Below are positions 38,481-54,285 of a DNA stretch of 64,000 nucleotides, piece by piece; positions within the stretch are counted from its first letter, which is position 1; the number at the start of each line of letters is the position of its first letter. This DNA is from Eledone cirrhosa (taxonomy: Eukaryota). The position numbers and the translations under genes are program-made. Under the pieces are notes generated by a model. That model was not told where the DNA came from. It made no database searches and was given only the letters and a program-made list of their open reading frames with translations. Location: the NCBI GenBank assembly GCA_964016885.1, contig OZ024740.1:374728001-374792000 (forward strand). The letters are read 5' to 3'.

Positions 38481-38821
38481 TATATATTTATATTAATGCA
38501 TCACGCGAGTCAGTTCTTTCGTTACTACGGTCACCGCGGATGAATTACCGGTCGCTATCTTCAATTTGCAAAGCCTTTTAAACGCTATGTTATTACTCTA
38601 ATGTTTTATACCTTATCATGTGCTTGGCTGTACGTCTAAATGCATTCGTCGGCTTAGCTGCGGCTCGAGCTTCGAATATGGTGTACTTTCATTTGTACCA
38701 TATATATATATCCATATTAAATTTTCCTTTATGATGAACGATTTCAGACGTCTCTACTGAGCTCGCCTGTCTTCGTGAAACCTTTGGTAAATGGAATAAT
38801 TGTATCGCGTTGTTTATTATA

Positions 38822-38883
<62 letters not shown>

Positions 38884-39249
38884 AGTAGCTATATGAGAAC
38901 CTTCTATATGAAATTATATACAAACTTTGAAATCCTACAAAATTCTAACATTGAACTTTAGGTGAATATATTCTAACTATAATACTCTTTTACTTATCGA
39001 TTGCCAGCTAATATGTTAGTTTCAAACACATCGATTAAATGCACATAGATAGAACGCGTGTTCTTGTAATAGTCTTCTCTTTTGTGTTGTTACGGTTAAC
39101 TGATATGGAAAGTGTATTCTCTATAATGTCTCCAGTTAATATGAAAAGAATAGTAAATCAATAAAAAAAATTATTACAAAATTCCAATTTATCTCGACTA
39201 TCAGCTTTTACAAACAGAAAACAACATTAATATAAATGTAAGCATTATA

Positions 39250-40385
<1,136 letters not shown>

Positions 40386-41020
40386 CGGCTCTGTATGTAA
40401 TCACAATGTCTGATCAACCATTTGCCTGCTCCAACATTTTGGTTGTTTTTAGCTCCAATTGTGTACTATAAAAAACAACTAAAACTCAAACCTACATACT
40501 AATAGATTAACTGGTAATAAATAGCAGTAAATCATGAAAAACAAAATCCTATCTCACTCAGTTCAGCTAATATTGCTTCGTGTTACAGAGTCCCTACTTC
40601 TCTTCGTGAATTTAACTGCTGTCCTATCAACCAAATATTGTAGTATTCAACTACATCCCACCACCACAGAAATAACCGTAACATTCGATATGGCTTTTTC
40701 AAATGATGATGCATTGCGTAGATTATTCCTATAACATTAAATGTTGATCAACATATTCACATTTACCGTTATATTAGAGGCTTATCGCCATCGAAATGAA
40801 TGCCCCTCTCCTCCGAATGTAACCTTTATAGATAGGAGATAATAATATAATATATAGATATATAGATGTATATATGTATATATATATATATATCAAAATA
40901 GCAACGTACACATATTGACGCACAAACGTCAATACACATGCATATTAAACGTAACCAGACATACAATGGCATGTATTAAACCTTCCCATTTCCAAAATAT
41001 CTCAATATTTTACCGTGTTT

Positions 41021-41071
<51 letters not shown>

Positions 41072-41160
41072 AACATGATGTTTCATTAATAGTGTCAAAC
41101 TGCAAGAGATTTCCTGGCAATAATGAATTCATCCAATACACATTCGAAACTTCCTTAAGT

Positions 41161-41200
<40 letters not shown>

Positions 41201-41245
41201 GTGTGCGTGTGTGTGTGTCTGTGTGCGCGTGTGTGTATGTGTATG

Positions 41246-41295
<50 letters not shown>

Positions 41296-41299
41296 CATA

Positions 41300-41495
41300 T
41301 GATAATTGCTTCTACGTTAGGCACAAGGCCAGCAAATATCCAGTGCATTACTGGTACTTCATTTTATCGACCCCGTAAGGATGAAAGGCAAAGTTAACCT
41401 CGGCGGGATTTGAACCCAGAATGGCAAGGGCCGTAACTCTATGTGTCAAAGCATGGCGTCCGACCCTCTACCAATACTGCCAATCCACCGCCACA
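41300..41495 (-). mobile_element. SINE (near full length)
   Basis: GGCGGTGGATTGGCAGTATTGGTAGAG..GGTTCAAATCCCGCCGAGGTTAAC.. on the minus strand. Confidence 0.85.
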
Positions 41496-41559
41496 TATGA
41501 TAATAATGTTCATATGATAATAATGATATATTATATCATATATATATTTTTTGCCTAGT

Positions 41560-42590
41560 TTGAGGCCATGATCTTCACCTAGTACACTGGTCCGACCCTG
41601 AGGATATACGGTCGATACATTAATGTTTGTATCGGCACCCCACTTCTCTCCCGTGAACAGCTCGACTACTTTCCTTCTTTTGCCAAGTCTTTTCATTCTG
41701 CCCCAAAATTCACCACTTCTGTCTCCAATTTTTCTATCCTTTTTCTTGAAATCGCTAAGTCTATTGACCACACTCACCACACACACTTTATCTCCATTTT
41801 CTATAAGCCCACTTATTCCCACACTTACCTCGGCTTCACCTCCTCCTATACAACCCACACCAAACATTCCATACCCCACACACAGTTCCTCTGCCTTCGG
41901 CCGCTCTGTAGTCAGAACAAAGTTTTGGAGACCCAGTCCCTTCTCTTGATCTCCTGCTTCTTCCAGCGTGAATATCGCCCACTCTGATATATTTCCCAAA
42001 CTGCTGTCAAACGCGCCTGTGAAGCCGAAAATATCACAGTCCTCTCTCCCTTTCACACTACCTGTCCGACGACATATGTTCTTTATTTCCGCACCTCTCT
42101 TCTCCACCCGTCATTTCACGCTTTCAGCCCGCCCGTTAACTCTGTGACCTCCTGATAAGTAGTTCATTCCATACTCTTCTAAGATTCCACCCGACTCTCA
42201 TTCTTGTTCTTCTGTCCGCAGAAACACCTCTCTCTTCCTTTCTAACCTCACCACTCACACAGCTACCAATGTTTTTTACCGTATTTACCATTCCTCCACC
42301 TGCATCTCCATCCACCTAGACTATCTCTTACGGTATTCCTGTTGTGCGTCATTATACATCGGAAAAACAGGACAATATTTGCCGTACCGTTTTGCTGAAC
42401 ATTTGAAGGACATACGACTCGGTATAAATACCCACTGTCGCTCGTAGTATCTCTTCCCGAGGCCAGAATTTCATACATATCTAAGTCATTGGGGACCTTT
42501 TACACAACGAATCACAGGCCTCGCGCACCAGGACTGAGCAGGATTTTATCTTCCTCTTGGGTCCAGCTTCCCCAATAGACCCAACTCCTC
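41560..42590 (+). mobile_element. Highly decayed PLE RT/GIY-YIG fragment
   Basis: RYI(D)-like motif, KPTYSHTYL, YIGKTGQ..RFAEHL read across frameshifts. Confidence 0.55.
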
Positions 42591-42974
42591 TCCCTAAATG
42601 CTCTTCATCTGACACACATACGTTCGTGCTAACTTCTCATACCTTTGCCACTGTCACCTTTACTCCGTCCATTTTCACACATGCGCGCGTACATTCAACC
42701 CCTAGTCTTCTTATGGCTCTGTTATGGTAAGACATATACATTCTTACATCGTATATAGACCAACAAAAAATCATATATAAATATACTAGACAGAAAAATG
42801 CGGGCGCATGTGTATTAATATTCTTGAATAATAATAAACCTGGAGATGTACAGGCCAAGTAGAATTAACTCTTAAAATATTGAAGCTGGAATTTTAATTT
42901 GATGAATTCAATGTACAGTAAAATTAGCAATGCCAAGAGATAATAAGAAATAATAATACTAGCAATGAAATCAT

Positions 42975-43160
42975 ATCCGCTCTCTTGCTCTGGAACCCTG
43001 ACTCCAGCATGACTAGGAGTAGGAAGCTGTCATTTCCTGACGTTATCTCTAGGGATACGGGAATCAGCAGACAGGACCTGGGGGCGGCGATGGGGGACAG
43101 GGAATTCTGGGGCATGAGAGTGAGATCCATCATCTCGACAGTAGTCGGCGAATGATGATG
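42975..43160 (+). mobile_element. Short 3' end of a second RTE-like LINE
   Basis: ..RKLSFPDVISRDTG...AAMGDREFW..* followed by a (TGA)n tail. Confidence 0.55.
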
Positions 43161-43454
43161 AGATATTAAATCATCAGTTTGCCTAAGTCAGCAATCACCA
43201 TTTTGCCAACCAAATGCAATTAATGTCATCAGTCTTTTGTACATAAATTGTCAGTTCATTTAAGTTATCACATCATGTGTCCCTTTAGTGGGTTAATTAT
43301 ATTGTATTACTTTCAGAAATTGACATTAAAAAGTAATTGAAATTAATAGTAAAAAGTAATGAGCTAAATTTTGCATAAATTGTCATCATATTAATATTAT
43401 TAATCTAATTTCATTTTAAAAAAAGTTAAGCCAAAATTTGTGAAGATCGAATTA

Positions 43455-43573
43455 CAGTTGACTCTTCCTAATTGTCAGCGCCATTTTTGGCCCAACTTTT
43501 ATTTTTTGTGACTCTCCCTAATTGTCAGTCATTTTTACAGTTCTTATGAGTGACAATTAGAGATAGTCAACTG
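43455..43573. mobile_element. Tc1/mariner-pogo-type MITE
   Basis: TA|CAGTTGACT..CTAATTGTCA ... TGACAATTAG..AGTCAACTG|TA. Confidence 0.8.
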
Positions 43574-44529
43574 TATTTCAAAAATAAAATTTAGTGATCC
43601 AGTGCGATATCATTCTGATTGATAATCTGGATTACTATTCCTTTCTTATGAGGAAAGCAGAGACTATCTTTTACAGATTAGCACCAAAGATTAACTAGGC
43701 CATTCCTAATGAAGCAAGGTGATTTCTAGATCGTTTCAAATTATTTAATTAATAATTAAAGTAAAAAATTATCTTGGTTGTCTTTAGGTCATTCTTGTGT
43801 TATTCTAAATCCATCCATGAAAGAGCTAGGAATGACCATTCCACATGCCAGTGCCGAAACGCTGGGACAGAAATGCCTGCACCGAATGCCTGTTCCACGC
43901 CATCTTAACAACATTCACCTCCTTGTGATTAAGTGTGATGTCATAGATCTATTATTGTACATTTAATTCATCAAATTCAAATTCCAGCTTCAATATTTTA
44001 AGAGTTAATTCTACTTGTCCTGTACTTTTCTAGGTTTATTATTATTTAAGAATATTAATACACATGGGCCCGCATTTTTCGGTCTAGTCCTCCTTTCTTT
44101 AAGGCATTGCAGCAAATTATCTCATTTAAATTACCTTGACCGTTTGCTAAGGCATTTACAATCCTTTTTTCATCAATAAAAATTAATTTTTCATTTCAAT
44201 ATTTCTATAAAATCCATAATATTAAAATTGAAAAGGTATTTTGGAGAATATAATCAATAGAGACATTTGCCTTTGCTGAACACCCTTACTACAAGCCTTC
44301 ATATGTACCCATAGAGACAAAGCTATAGTTGACTATACTCTAATGATCAATTTAGAGTTTAACTTAACAAGTGAAGTTATTAAAGATGCTAGAAAAACAA
44401 GCAATTAAAATAACTGAGTCAAAAATAAATAAAATTAAGTAGAAAATAAATAAAATTAAGTAATAAATAAATAAAATGTCAATAAACAGTGAGCTCAAAT
44501 TCAACAATAATTTGACCATAATTAGCAGT

Positions 44530-44710
44530 TAGTCCAAAATAAAATTATGTAGTCGAAAATCAGCATTTAGTCCAAAATAAGCAGCAAGTAGTCAAAAATA
44601 AAATTAAGTAGTCCAGAATCAGGATTTAGTCCGAAATAATCAGCAAGTCGTCCAAAACAAAATGAAGTAGTCCAGAATTAACAGTAGTCCTAATCAATAG
44701 TCCAAAATCA
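44530..44710. repeat. Short tandem TAGTCCAAAAT-type repeats
   Basis: about 9 degenerate copies spaced ~18-21 bp apart. Confidence 0.7.
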
Positions 44711-44739
44711 AATTGCTTCCATAAAAAATACAACCACAT

Positions 44740-45614
44740 TAGGTAACTTAGGAGGATATTTATTGTGCCTTTTTTTGATAATTTTGTCACTAAATTCATC
44801 CCAATTTTCAGACAAGTTTTTACCAGACAAGTATAATGGATTGCCGTAGACGATACTCCTTCATGAAGAATAGCAGCTTTTAATGTGAAATTTGTGCCAT
44901 ATATTTGCTGTTTTTTTTTAGCTAAAGTTCATATCTCACAATTAATTCTTTGTTCTCTTTCATTATTAGTCAAAAATTTACTAATTTAAGTGACAAGATA
45001 TTTGAAATCGTTACTAAATTCAATTCTTGAAGTTATTTGATGCTCAGTATTTTCAGAACAAATATCACAGTATTTAGACAAAGTATTTTTTGTTGAAAGT
45101 AGAGATTTAAATTGTTGTGTGCCATTAATAGGATTTAATATCAAATCCTCTTTTATTTGATATGGAAGTTCAGATTCTATACCACATCCAGGTCTTCAAT
45201 TACAATTGCAAACATTGTTATTTAAAGCTTGGCAATTTGTTTGATGCGAACGCATGCATCTAGTATGATCAGTTTTTCTCTAAATACTAAGTCCAAATGT
45301 AGAGAGAGTTCTTTCCAAAATTCATGAGCACATTGCTGATTTCCATCATGAAATCTTCCTCCAATTATTATTCTTAAGTTAGAGACATTATTATGATTAT
45401 TAAAAATGATATTGCTTAATTCTTGATGTACTCCATTCATGTTGTTAAAATTATGCAAATATTCTACAAATTCAGGCAAATGATTCAGTGATTCCACAAA
45501 TGAATTTGCAAAATAAGCATTTCTTTGGTTGATCAATTGATGGTTAGGGATTAAAGTTTGGCTGTTTTCATTTCTTTTCTTCTTTTTGGCAGGTTGGTTT
45601 GAATTTTCTTCCAA
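44740..45614 (-). pseudogene. USP / peptidase C19 deubiquitinase-like domain (decayed)
   Basis: Cys box LINQRNAYFANS..ESL, QQCAHEF, YCDIC, KYLVT*ISKF, His box FTLKAAILHEGVSSTAIHYTCLVK, WDEFSD. Confidence 0.7.
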
Positions 45615-45645
45615 ATTAAGTCAATTAGTTATTTTCTTGGGCATG

Positions 45646-46790
45646 CTAGAAACATTTGCCATGCAAGGATGCTTTTTCTTGCAAGGTGGCAATGGCGCAA
45701 ATCTGCTCTTCCAGTAGTTTGTTGTACTCTTCCCATACAGATTTGTCAACCATGATCAATGATCTTGGATCAAAGTCACAGAGATACACACTGAGAAGTG
45801 TTCTGGCTTTTGAAAGAGCTACATAAGCTTGACTATCAGAAAATATCTGATTTCCTAAATCAGCAATTATTCCATTCACAGAAATTCCTTGTGATTTGTG
45901 AATTGTTATAGAGTAAGCAAAAGACAATGGAAATTGTGTTCTGGTGACAAAAACACCAGGAGAAATTTCATAGTCTGCTTGAACTCTTCCAATGGAAATG
46001 GGTTTGTCCCTTTTTGGTATCAAAAGACACCAACATTTTGTCAACATTGCTTCCATTCCCAATTAATTCAATAACTGTTCCAATAACACCATTGCATAAG
46101 CCTTGATCTACATCAATGTTTCGTTTCAACATCACTCTTGCTCCAATTCCAACATTTAGCAAAGTTTCTAGTCCAGCAGTATCAGAAGTTTTCTTGTTTT
46201 TGCCTTTTTCAACATTTTTCTTTTTTCTTCCATTTACTTGTCTCATACCAGAATCTTTTGCAGCAAGTTTCACTACATTTATGTTCCATTTTTTAATAAT
46301 TTCATTATTAAACTCATCAACAGCTTCATTCAAAGCTAAAATGCATAGACATTTTAATTCAGGATTAGAATACAATTCAATCAATTTTTAACAATTTCTT
46401 CAACAGATGCTTTTCTATCGGGGAATAGGCATCGTTTTTGAAGAATGCCAATATCAGAGTCTGATGTGGAACCAATCTTAATTCCTCTCAACATACTAAT
46501 ATAGTTGTATTTGTCTTCTTGTTGTCTCATATTAATGGTTAGCTCATCATATTGAAAGTATTTCCACAATGAATGTCCACTAATACCAATTTCTGTTCTT
46601 TTGGCATCATATGATGAAATTCTAGAAAATACTGGTTTTTCATTGACAAGTGGCAATTGCATCAAATCACCAAACAAAAGAAGAATCATTTTTCCAAAAG
46701 GATATGCCATTTCGGAAAATTGTATTTTAACAATACTTGCAATATATTTCGTAGCCATCATCACTATGCCATTGATCAGCCCGTTATAAT
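45646..46790 (-). pseudogene. Pif1-family helicase of Helitron/Helentron type (fragment, frameshifted)
   Basis: FGDLMQLP, ELTINMRQ, GARVMLKRNIDVDQGLCNG, QFPLSFAYSITIHKSQG, QAYVALSKAR. Confidence 0.85.
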
Positions 46791-48690
46791 AATAACATAA
46801 ATGACAATGTGCCTTGTTTTAAAACAGACGTTAAACAATAAAATTCAAAAGGGAAATTTCAAAAGTGACTGTAAACCTGTGAATTGCCAAACTAATATTC
46901 TTTGTATAGAGTAACCAAGCAACAACTTGTGTTCTAATATCATTTTCTTCATGAAGGCAAGTTGTGTGCATACGGGCCTCATAACGTGGGGAACGTTTTG
47001 AAGCATTTATTGCAGTCGTGTACTATTCCTTGCGCTAATTCATTTAACTGTCTCTTACAAGACGCGTGTAGTTTACTTATTCTGAACCGGATACATACTG
47101 TTATTCCTTCTGTAGGAGTACTCTAGCAGATTAAATTATATAGGGTATCTGTCACATTTGTTTTGTGAGAATGGAAGATTTTCAAAGCGGAGATTATTTG
47201 ACAATTTGTGAATGGTTGTGTATATCGAATCTAGTAGAAAAGTGTATTTGTGTAACTGGGACTGTCGTTCTTGTGTGGGAGCGGATGCATGTATATGGCA
47301 AGTTAAATACGTATGTGTTGGCCAGGCTATAATTATTAGATGCCATATAATATTTATATATATATAAATGTGTGTGTATGTCTGTGTGTGTGTGCGTGTG
47401 TGTGTAGATGTGTTCCTGGGTTGTTTTCCGAGAGAGTGTGTACATGTGTCTGTACGTACTTGTATCTATATGCTTCATAAGGAACAAGACAAAGAAAGAA
47501 CTGTAAATAAATAATGTACAATATAACTATAGGCGTTCGTTTAAAATCGTACGTTAATATTCAGTTTTCACGTTTACTCTATCACGCAAACAATATTTAA
47601 ATGAAATATTTGTTTACCTGAGATAACTTTCAGGCATTACTAATTCATTGCCAAACACAGACTACGTGAGTCATTCATAAGGATCTGTAACTGCCAACTG
47701 AATGAACATATTTGTGCCATCTAAAAGAGGCAATTTTGTTTGATTTGATATTGGATTTCTTGAAGAAGAAATTGATATATTCTTAGAGAAATATTACAAA
47801 AATCATAAGTGACTACTATAATTTATTAAAATACTTTTCCTTTTACCTGTTGGTAGTGTTTAACATACGTGGTTGTCCGTATACCGGAAGATTTTATTTC
47901 ACGTGTTGGCACATACCTTAGATATCTGGTGCGTATAAGTATAGCATGGTTCTGTTCAAGATTGGTTGTTATTTAAATATTTAAAAGTTGTTTCCGCGAA
48001 GACATGTCCAGAAAATATTGTGTCATTTGTGGAAGATACGACAAGTTGTTTTCCAGATACACATAGAATATTCAGTTAACATCATTATTTTATTTCATAC
48101 TGGGAATGATTTTTTTCCCGTTCCTTTCAACAAGAAATAGGATGTCACAGTGCATCGAGTTCTATATATCGATTTGACTCAATCAGGTTGGCATGGCTAC
48201 TGTATGGTGAGAGGAATATTCTACACTGAATGCTATTTCTTTTGGTAAGCATTTTCCATTTAGACGTAACATAGTCATGTCTCTGACATAACCGTTCAGT
48301 TTGGCAGTTTCTCTAGTGATTTATAGGTGTTTACTTGTGATTATCCTATGTTTAACATACGTCAATAATTGATCTTTGTTAAAGAATATAGATTGAATGT
48401 ATGAATCCATCAGGCACGTGGGCATTGATGCTCCAAGGAAGGTCGTGATTATAATTATGTATCCATTTAAACTATGGGAAGGATTAAACGTTATAATATT
48501 TCTATTTTGCCTCCGATATTACTTCATGTGGATTGCCCTCTCCATCATTCTCTCTCTATCTAACTCTCTCTCTCTCTCTATCTCTATCTCTCTCTCTTTC
48601 CGTCTCCCTTTCCTTCTCCCCTTCTCTCTCCATCTCCCTCGATATCTCACTATAAATCACTATATACATAAATGCACACACACACACACA

Positions 48691-48743
<53 letters not shown>

Positions 48744-49466
48744 GCGTGTATGTATTTTCGTTTATTTGTGTGCATGAATGTGTTTGAATGTGTGAACGTG
48801 TGGACATGTGTGTGTATAATTACGCGTGTAGAACTGTAGTTATGGTAATCGTTTAAAGGCTTTAGATCTTGTTTTACATTCACAGCCGCATCGATGTGAA
48901 TCTACCGGGCGTTTTATGATCGAGTAAAACATTGAATGTGTTTGCTCTAGGATAATATCATCCACATGATAGAAACCAGTAAAATGTTTTTATGTTTCAC
49001 ACACAAAGACTCACACACTCACACACACACACTCACATACACAAAACAATATCTTACTTTCTTATTCTTGCTTTTTTTCTTCCTTTATTCTTCTTTATTT
49101 TTTCTTTCTTTGACTCACGTTTCACGTGCCATACCAGGTACCAGACATTTTTGCATAATGTCACACAAAATTGTATGTTTTGTAGCTTAACAGCTATAAA
49201 TCAGAGTGTGTCTTCCGTCTCTTACCAATTTGGACAATGTTTAGCTTACGTTAGAGACCGTGACACCGGATGAAGCGGCAATACAGTTGGTATGTGGTTT
49301 AAACTGATCAAGTCCATCTCGACAGCCGATGAACAAGAATTCCTGAGGGCTTCGTTTGTATGTATAATTATTTTTCTAAAAATATCTTAGGTTAAACATT
49401 TTATTTCGATTTTTTTTCCGATCGTTGTCTTGTCCTTTGTTTTTGTCTTAAGTTTATATATAGAAA

Positions 49467-49504
<38 letters not shown>

Positions 49505-49512
<8 letters not shown>

Positions 49513-49665
49513 ATACTTAGTGAAGGGCCTATTGTTATAATATTGCCAGAAATAATAACGGAGCACACTCACTGTTTGGTTGGTTTTCGATTCAGTATCA
49601 TTTCTATCAGCATAGTTAATTTATTTGGCAATCAATGTCTATCATTTATTGATCAGAGGTTAAAA

Positions 49666-49743
<78 letters not shown>

Positions 49744-49744
49744 G

Positions 49745-49788
<44 letters not shown>

Positions 49789-49975
49789 ATATCAAAGTAA
49801 AAATAAAAATAAAAATGGTGTAGACATTACAATACAATACAATGGGAGGGAACATAATAGTATCAATGAAGATGTTGCAGATGTGCAACGAAAGAACTTA
49901 GATAGTTTCAGTAGATCCCGTTCAGAGTGACAGCAGCCATTCTTTGTTTAAACTTTAATCTGTTATTTTAATAAA
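49505..49975. mobile_element. Mosaic of PLE pseudo-LTR fragments
   Basis: 49505-49665 matches 23330-23465 and (inverted) 32300-32445; 49800-49900 is an inverted match to 23495-23590; 49905-49975 matches 2800-2870. Confidence 0.65.
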
Positions 49976-50057
49976 TATTTGCTCTAGGTTTCTTATATAT
50001 TCGATAAATATATATATATCCTTATCAAGACCTCTTTGGATTTCAGTCTTCACATTT

Positions 50058-50236
50058 AGGCGGTGGATTGGCAGTATCGGTAGACGGTCGGACGCCATGC
50101 TTTGACGCATAGAGTTACAGCCCTTGCCATTCCGAGTTCAAATCCCGCCGAGGTTAACTTTGTCTTTCATCCTTACAGGGTCGATAAAATAAAGTATCAG
50201 TAATGCACTTGGTAATTGCTGGCATTGTGCCAAAAG
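50058..50236 (+). mobile_element. SINE (near full length)
   Basis: A/B boxes and the shared core, then a tail running into (TA)n. Confidence 0.85.
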
Positions 50237-51269
<1,033 letters not shown>

Positions 51270-51303
51270 AGATTTCAATGGATACAGTTTAGTTGAAAGG
51301 AAT

Positions 51304-51423
51304 TTATTGACGCGTGTTTCTATAACAGTTACATAACCTAAAACAGCTGCTATCTACAAACTTTTAGTTATGCAGACATTCAATATTTCAATGTTATTAT
51401 TTACTGTCATTTCATCAGAATAA
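51304..51423 (-). ncRNA. Type I hammerhead ribozyme motif with a long loop II
   Basis: TTATT-CTGATGA-a ATGACAGT..~70 nt..ACTGTTAT a-GAAAC acgc GTC-AATAA; all core nucleotides present. Confidence 0.7.
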
Positions 51424-51980
51424 TATTACTGAGGACCTATTTAGTTTTTATAGAGAATATTAGGAGGGAGGGGTGAAGTTGTTAGAAGAATAGTTGAAGG
51501 AGTGGTTTTTCGATAACAGTGAGAATTCTTGGTGGCAGTGAGTAAGTAGATTCCCATCTGTTGTTTTGACATTTTTTATAGAATATATTATTGGTTATTT
51601 TTCTAAATCTATAGAAGGATTAGAGATAGTAAAGATATGCGTGGTTGGTTTTGTGTTTGCACTTAATTAACATTCAGACTTTAAATTTGTATTTCAAGTG
51701 TACGTATCCTTTCACCCACGCATTCACACACAAATATATTTGCACACCTCTACAAAATACAATTACTCACAATTCACATATTCATACTTACATATATATA
51801 CACATGCATACACATATATATACACACATGTATTCATGTACATACATACGCGCTCATGTGTATACATTTTCATACTCAACTTATCTTTATATACACACTT
51901 ATAGACACACACATATATACATACATACTCTAGTCCATGTGTACACACATACACATACATACACATCCATATACACATAT

Positions 51981-52037
<57 letters not shown>

Positions 52038-52304
52038 CACTTTAATACATGAATACACTTACATCTAACTATACACATCAAACATATATATATATTTACT
52101 TATTTATATACATTTTCACATATATATACATACTTATGGACGTTTTTAGACACATTCATTATCGCATATTTGTACCTATTCTCATCAGCATATCTTTCCA
52201 TTATTAGTGTGGTAATTTAAGGTTATCAATATATGTTGAGAAGAGATTGTTTTTATATTTTTCTAACTACATTAAGGTTTATATAGTTGGGGGATGTCTC
52301 TCTT

Positions 52305-54210
52305 TTATGTAATATTCGGCTTGTAGTGGGAAAAAAGGGTTTTAGTTCTGTGACGGCAGAATAATGTTCGTTCAATTCTGTTATTCAGCAGTTTCTTCTT
52401 GTGTGTGATTATGTAATAAATCTCAAGATTACACAATTTGCAGAAATTTTGGCTCCTGAAAAAGCTTTGGGTTTTAGCTAATTTTTCCCATTTTAGGGTA
52501 AACTTTTGATCGCTATCCCTGAGCGTCCAAGCTTTTTCTGCTAAAGTTGTTACATTTCTTTGGCTCTGGTGTTTTATTGAGTAAGAATGCCTATACAATC
52601 GAGATTTAAACGATGTTGCCGTTGATCCCACGTAATACCACTCGTTGCCTCCGGATTTAATGGTACACCTATAAATAATATTTTTTTCCAGGCAGTTATT
52701 GCCGAGGGGGAAGTTGTCAGGATAGGTGCAGTTACAGTTGTGTACGTTGGGTTTTCTCTGGAGTAGTATTGCGGACGAACTTAGGTGTGGTTTATTTATG
52801 TTCTGTAGTGTATTGTCTACTGTTTTTTTTGTGTTCTTTGTACTTAAGTTCTTAGTGTTTTCGTTTAACCTTCTAGTATTGATCTTTTTTATGTGTTGTT
52901 CAAGGTTTAACGCTGTAGAGTATGACAGTCTTATAGTGGTAGGGTTTAGGATTTTGTGGTATTTGTGTGATGTGGGAAAATGTCTTTTAATTATTTTAAA
53001 GAAGAGTACTGGTAAATTTGTACTAATGGAACTATTGTATTCGGGGTTATACCATAAGTACTCTTTGCATCGCTTTCTATTAGTTTTGTTTGTTGGTTTA
53101 CTGGTGTGCATACTATGGTAGTAAGTGTGGTTTGGTGTTGTGTTATTATATCTACCTATGTGGGATTTATTTTGGGTGTTTTGATTGTTCCCATCTATGT
53201 ACTCTATTTTGTTGAGGTAGCCTGCTTTACTAAGGGCGTTATCGTAGTACTCGGCGTGTTCCTTAAATACTTGTATGTTAGAAGATTGACCCGAGATTCT
53301 AAGGGAAATATTTTTAGGGATAGATTTAATTATAGAGATGGGGTGGTTAGACCCAACATTTACGTATTTGAGATTTTCATTCAATTTATGAAACGGTTTA
53401 ATCAAACCAGAGTTTAAATTGAGTGTGACATCCAGGAAGTTAACTACTTTAAGGTTGTATTCATATGTTATAGTTAGTCCTATTTCGAGTAGTAGTTTTC
53501 TTATATCTTTGCGTAGTTTTACTAGCTTTTGGTTATTAAGGTTTTTAGCTAGGAGGAGAACATCGTCGCGGTATATTCCGCCGTGGAGATTGCTGAATTT
53601 TTCCTGGAGTCTAAAGGTGATAAATAACCCCACAATATCAGTTATTTCCGCCGAATCGTTAGAGCCCATTGTTATGTCAAAGTTAGAGGGTCTATCTTTA
53701 CGTACCCAATAACTGTTCTCAAATATGACTATAGTTTTCCTAGCTTCTAATATAATCTTAATTTCATCGTTTGTAAGGTCAGAGTTATCCTTAGCAAACT
53801 TAATGGCTCTATTCAAAGTTTCAGGTGATATCGATGAGTAATATTCATCGATATCAAACTGGATAAACTTAGATTTATTCTTATTGCTAATGCTATTAAA
53901 CCATCTTATTGCTTCTTGGGTCTTACCCCAGAGTTTAATGTTAACCTTAGCCTTAATTTGGGGGATGATTCTATCTAAGATATATTTGCTTATTTTACCT
54001 ATATCTGATTTAGAGGGGCAGATTAATCTAATTTTAGGGTCATTATCAAAGTTTACCTTGTGGTCCTTAAGATTGAAGGTGGGTACCGCCGGTAAGAGTG
54101 GTCCTGTCCTATCTTCGATTCCGAGATTTTTCACTATTTCGCATGCCTCATCATTGATGTGCTTAAGGGTTACTTCACTCGTTTTTCTATATTTTTTATG
54201 TAATTCTTTT
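52305..54210 (-). CDS. PLE RT + GIY-YIG polyprotein, uninterrupted 609+ aa, 5'-truncated
   Basis: FIQFDIDEYYSSI, MGSNDSAEITD, IYRDD, NFLDVTL, WYNP, CNC..PLGNNC, YYVGST, CKLCNLE, CRHR. Confidence 0.92.
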
Positions 54211-54225
54211 ATATATATATACTGC

Positions 54226-54285
<60 letters not shown>

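Larger units (their letters stand above)
42785..44088. repeat. ~125-bp inverted repeats ending in CTAG (Helitron 3'-end-like, or a TIR element)
   Basis: 42785-42908 is the near reverse complement of 43965-44088. Confidence 0.8.

Noticed and set aside
40555-40730. Possible further minus-strand host exon
   Set aside because: All three minus-strand frames contain stops between plausible splice sites
50058-50150. tRNA genes at A/B-box sequences
   Set aside because: No cloverleaf; they run into the repeated SINE core
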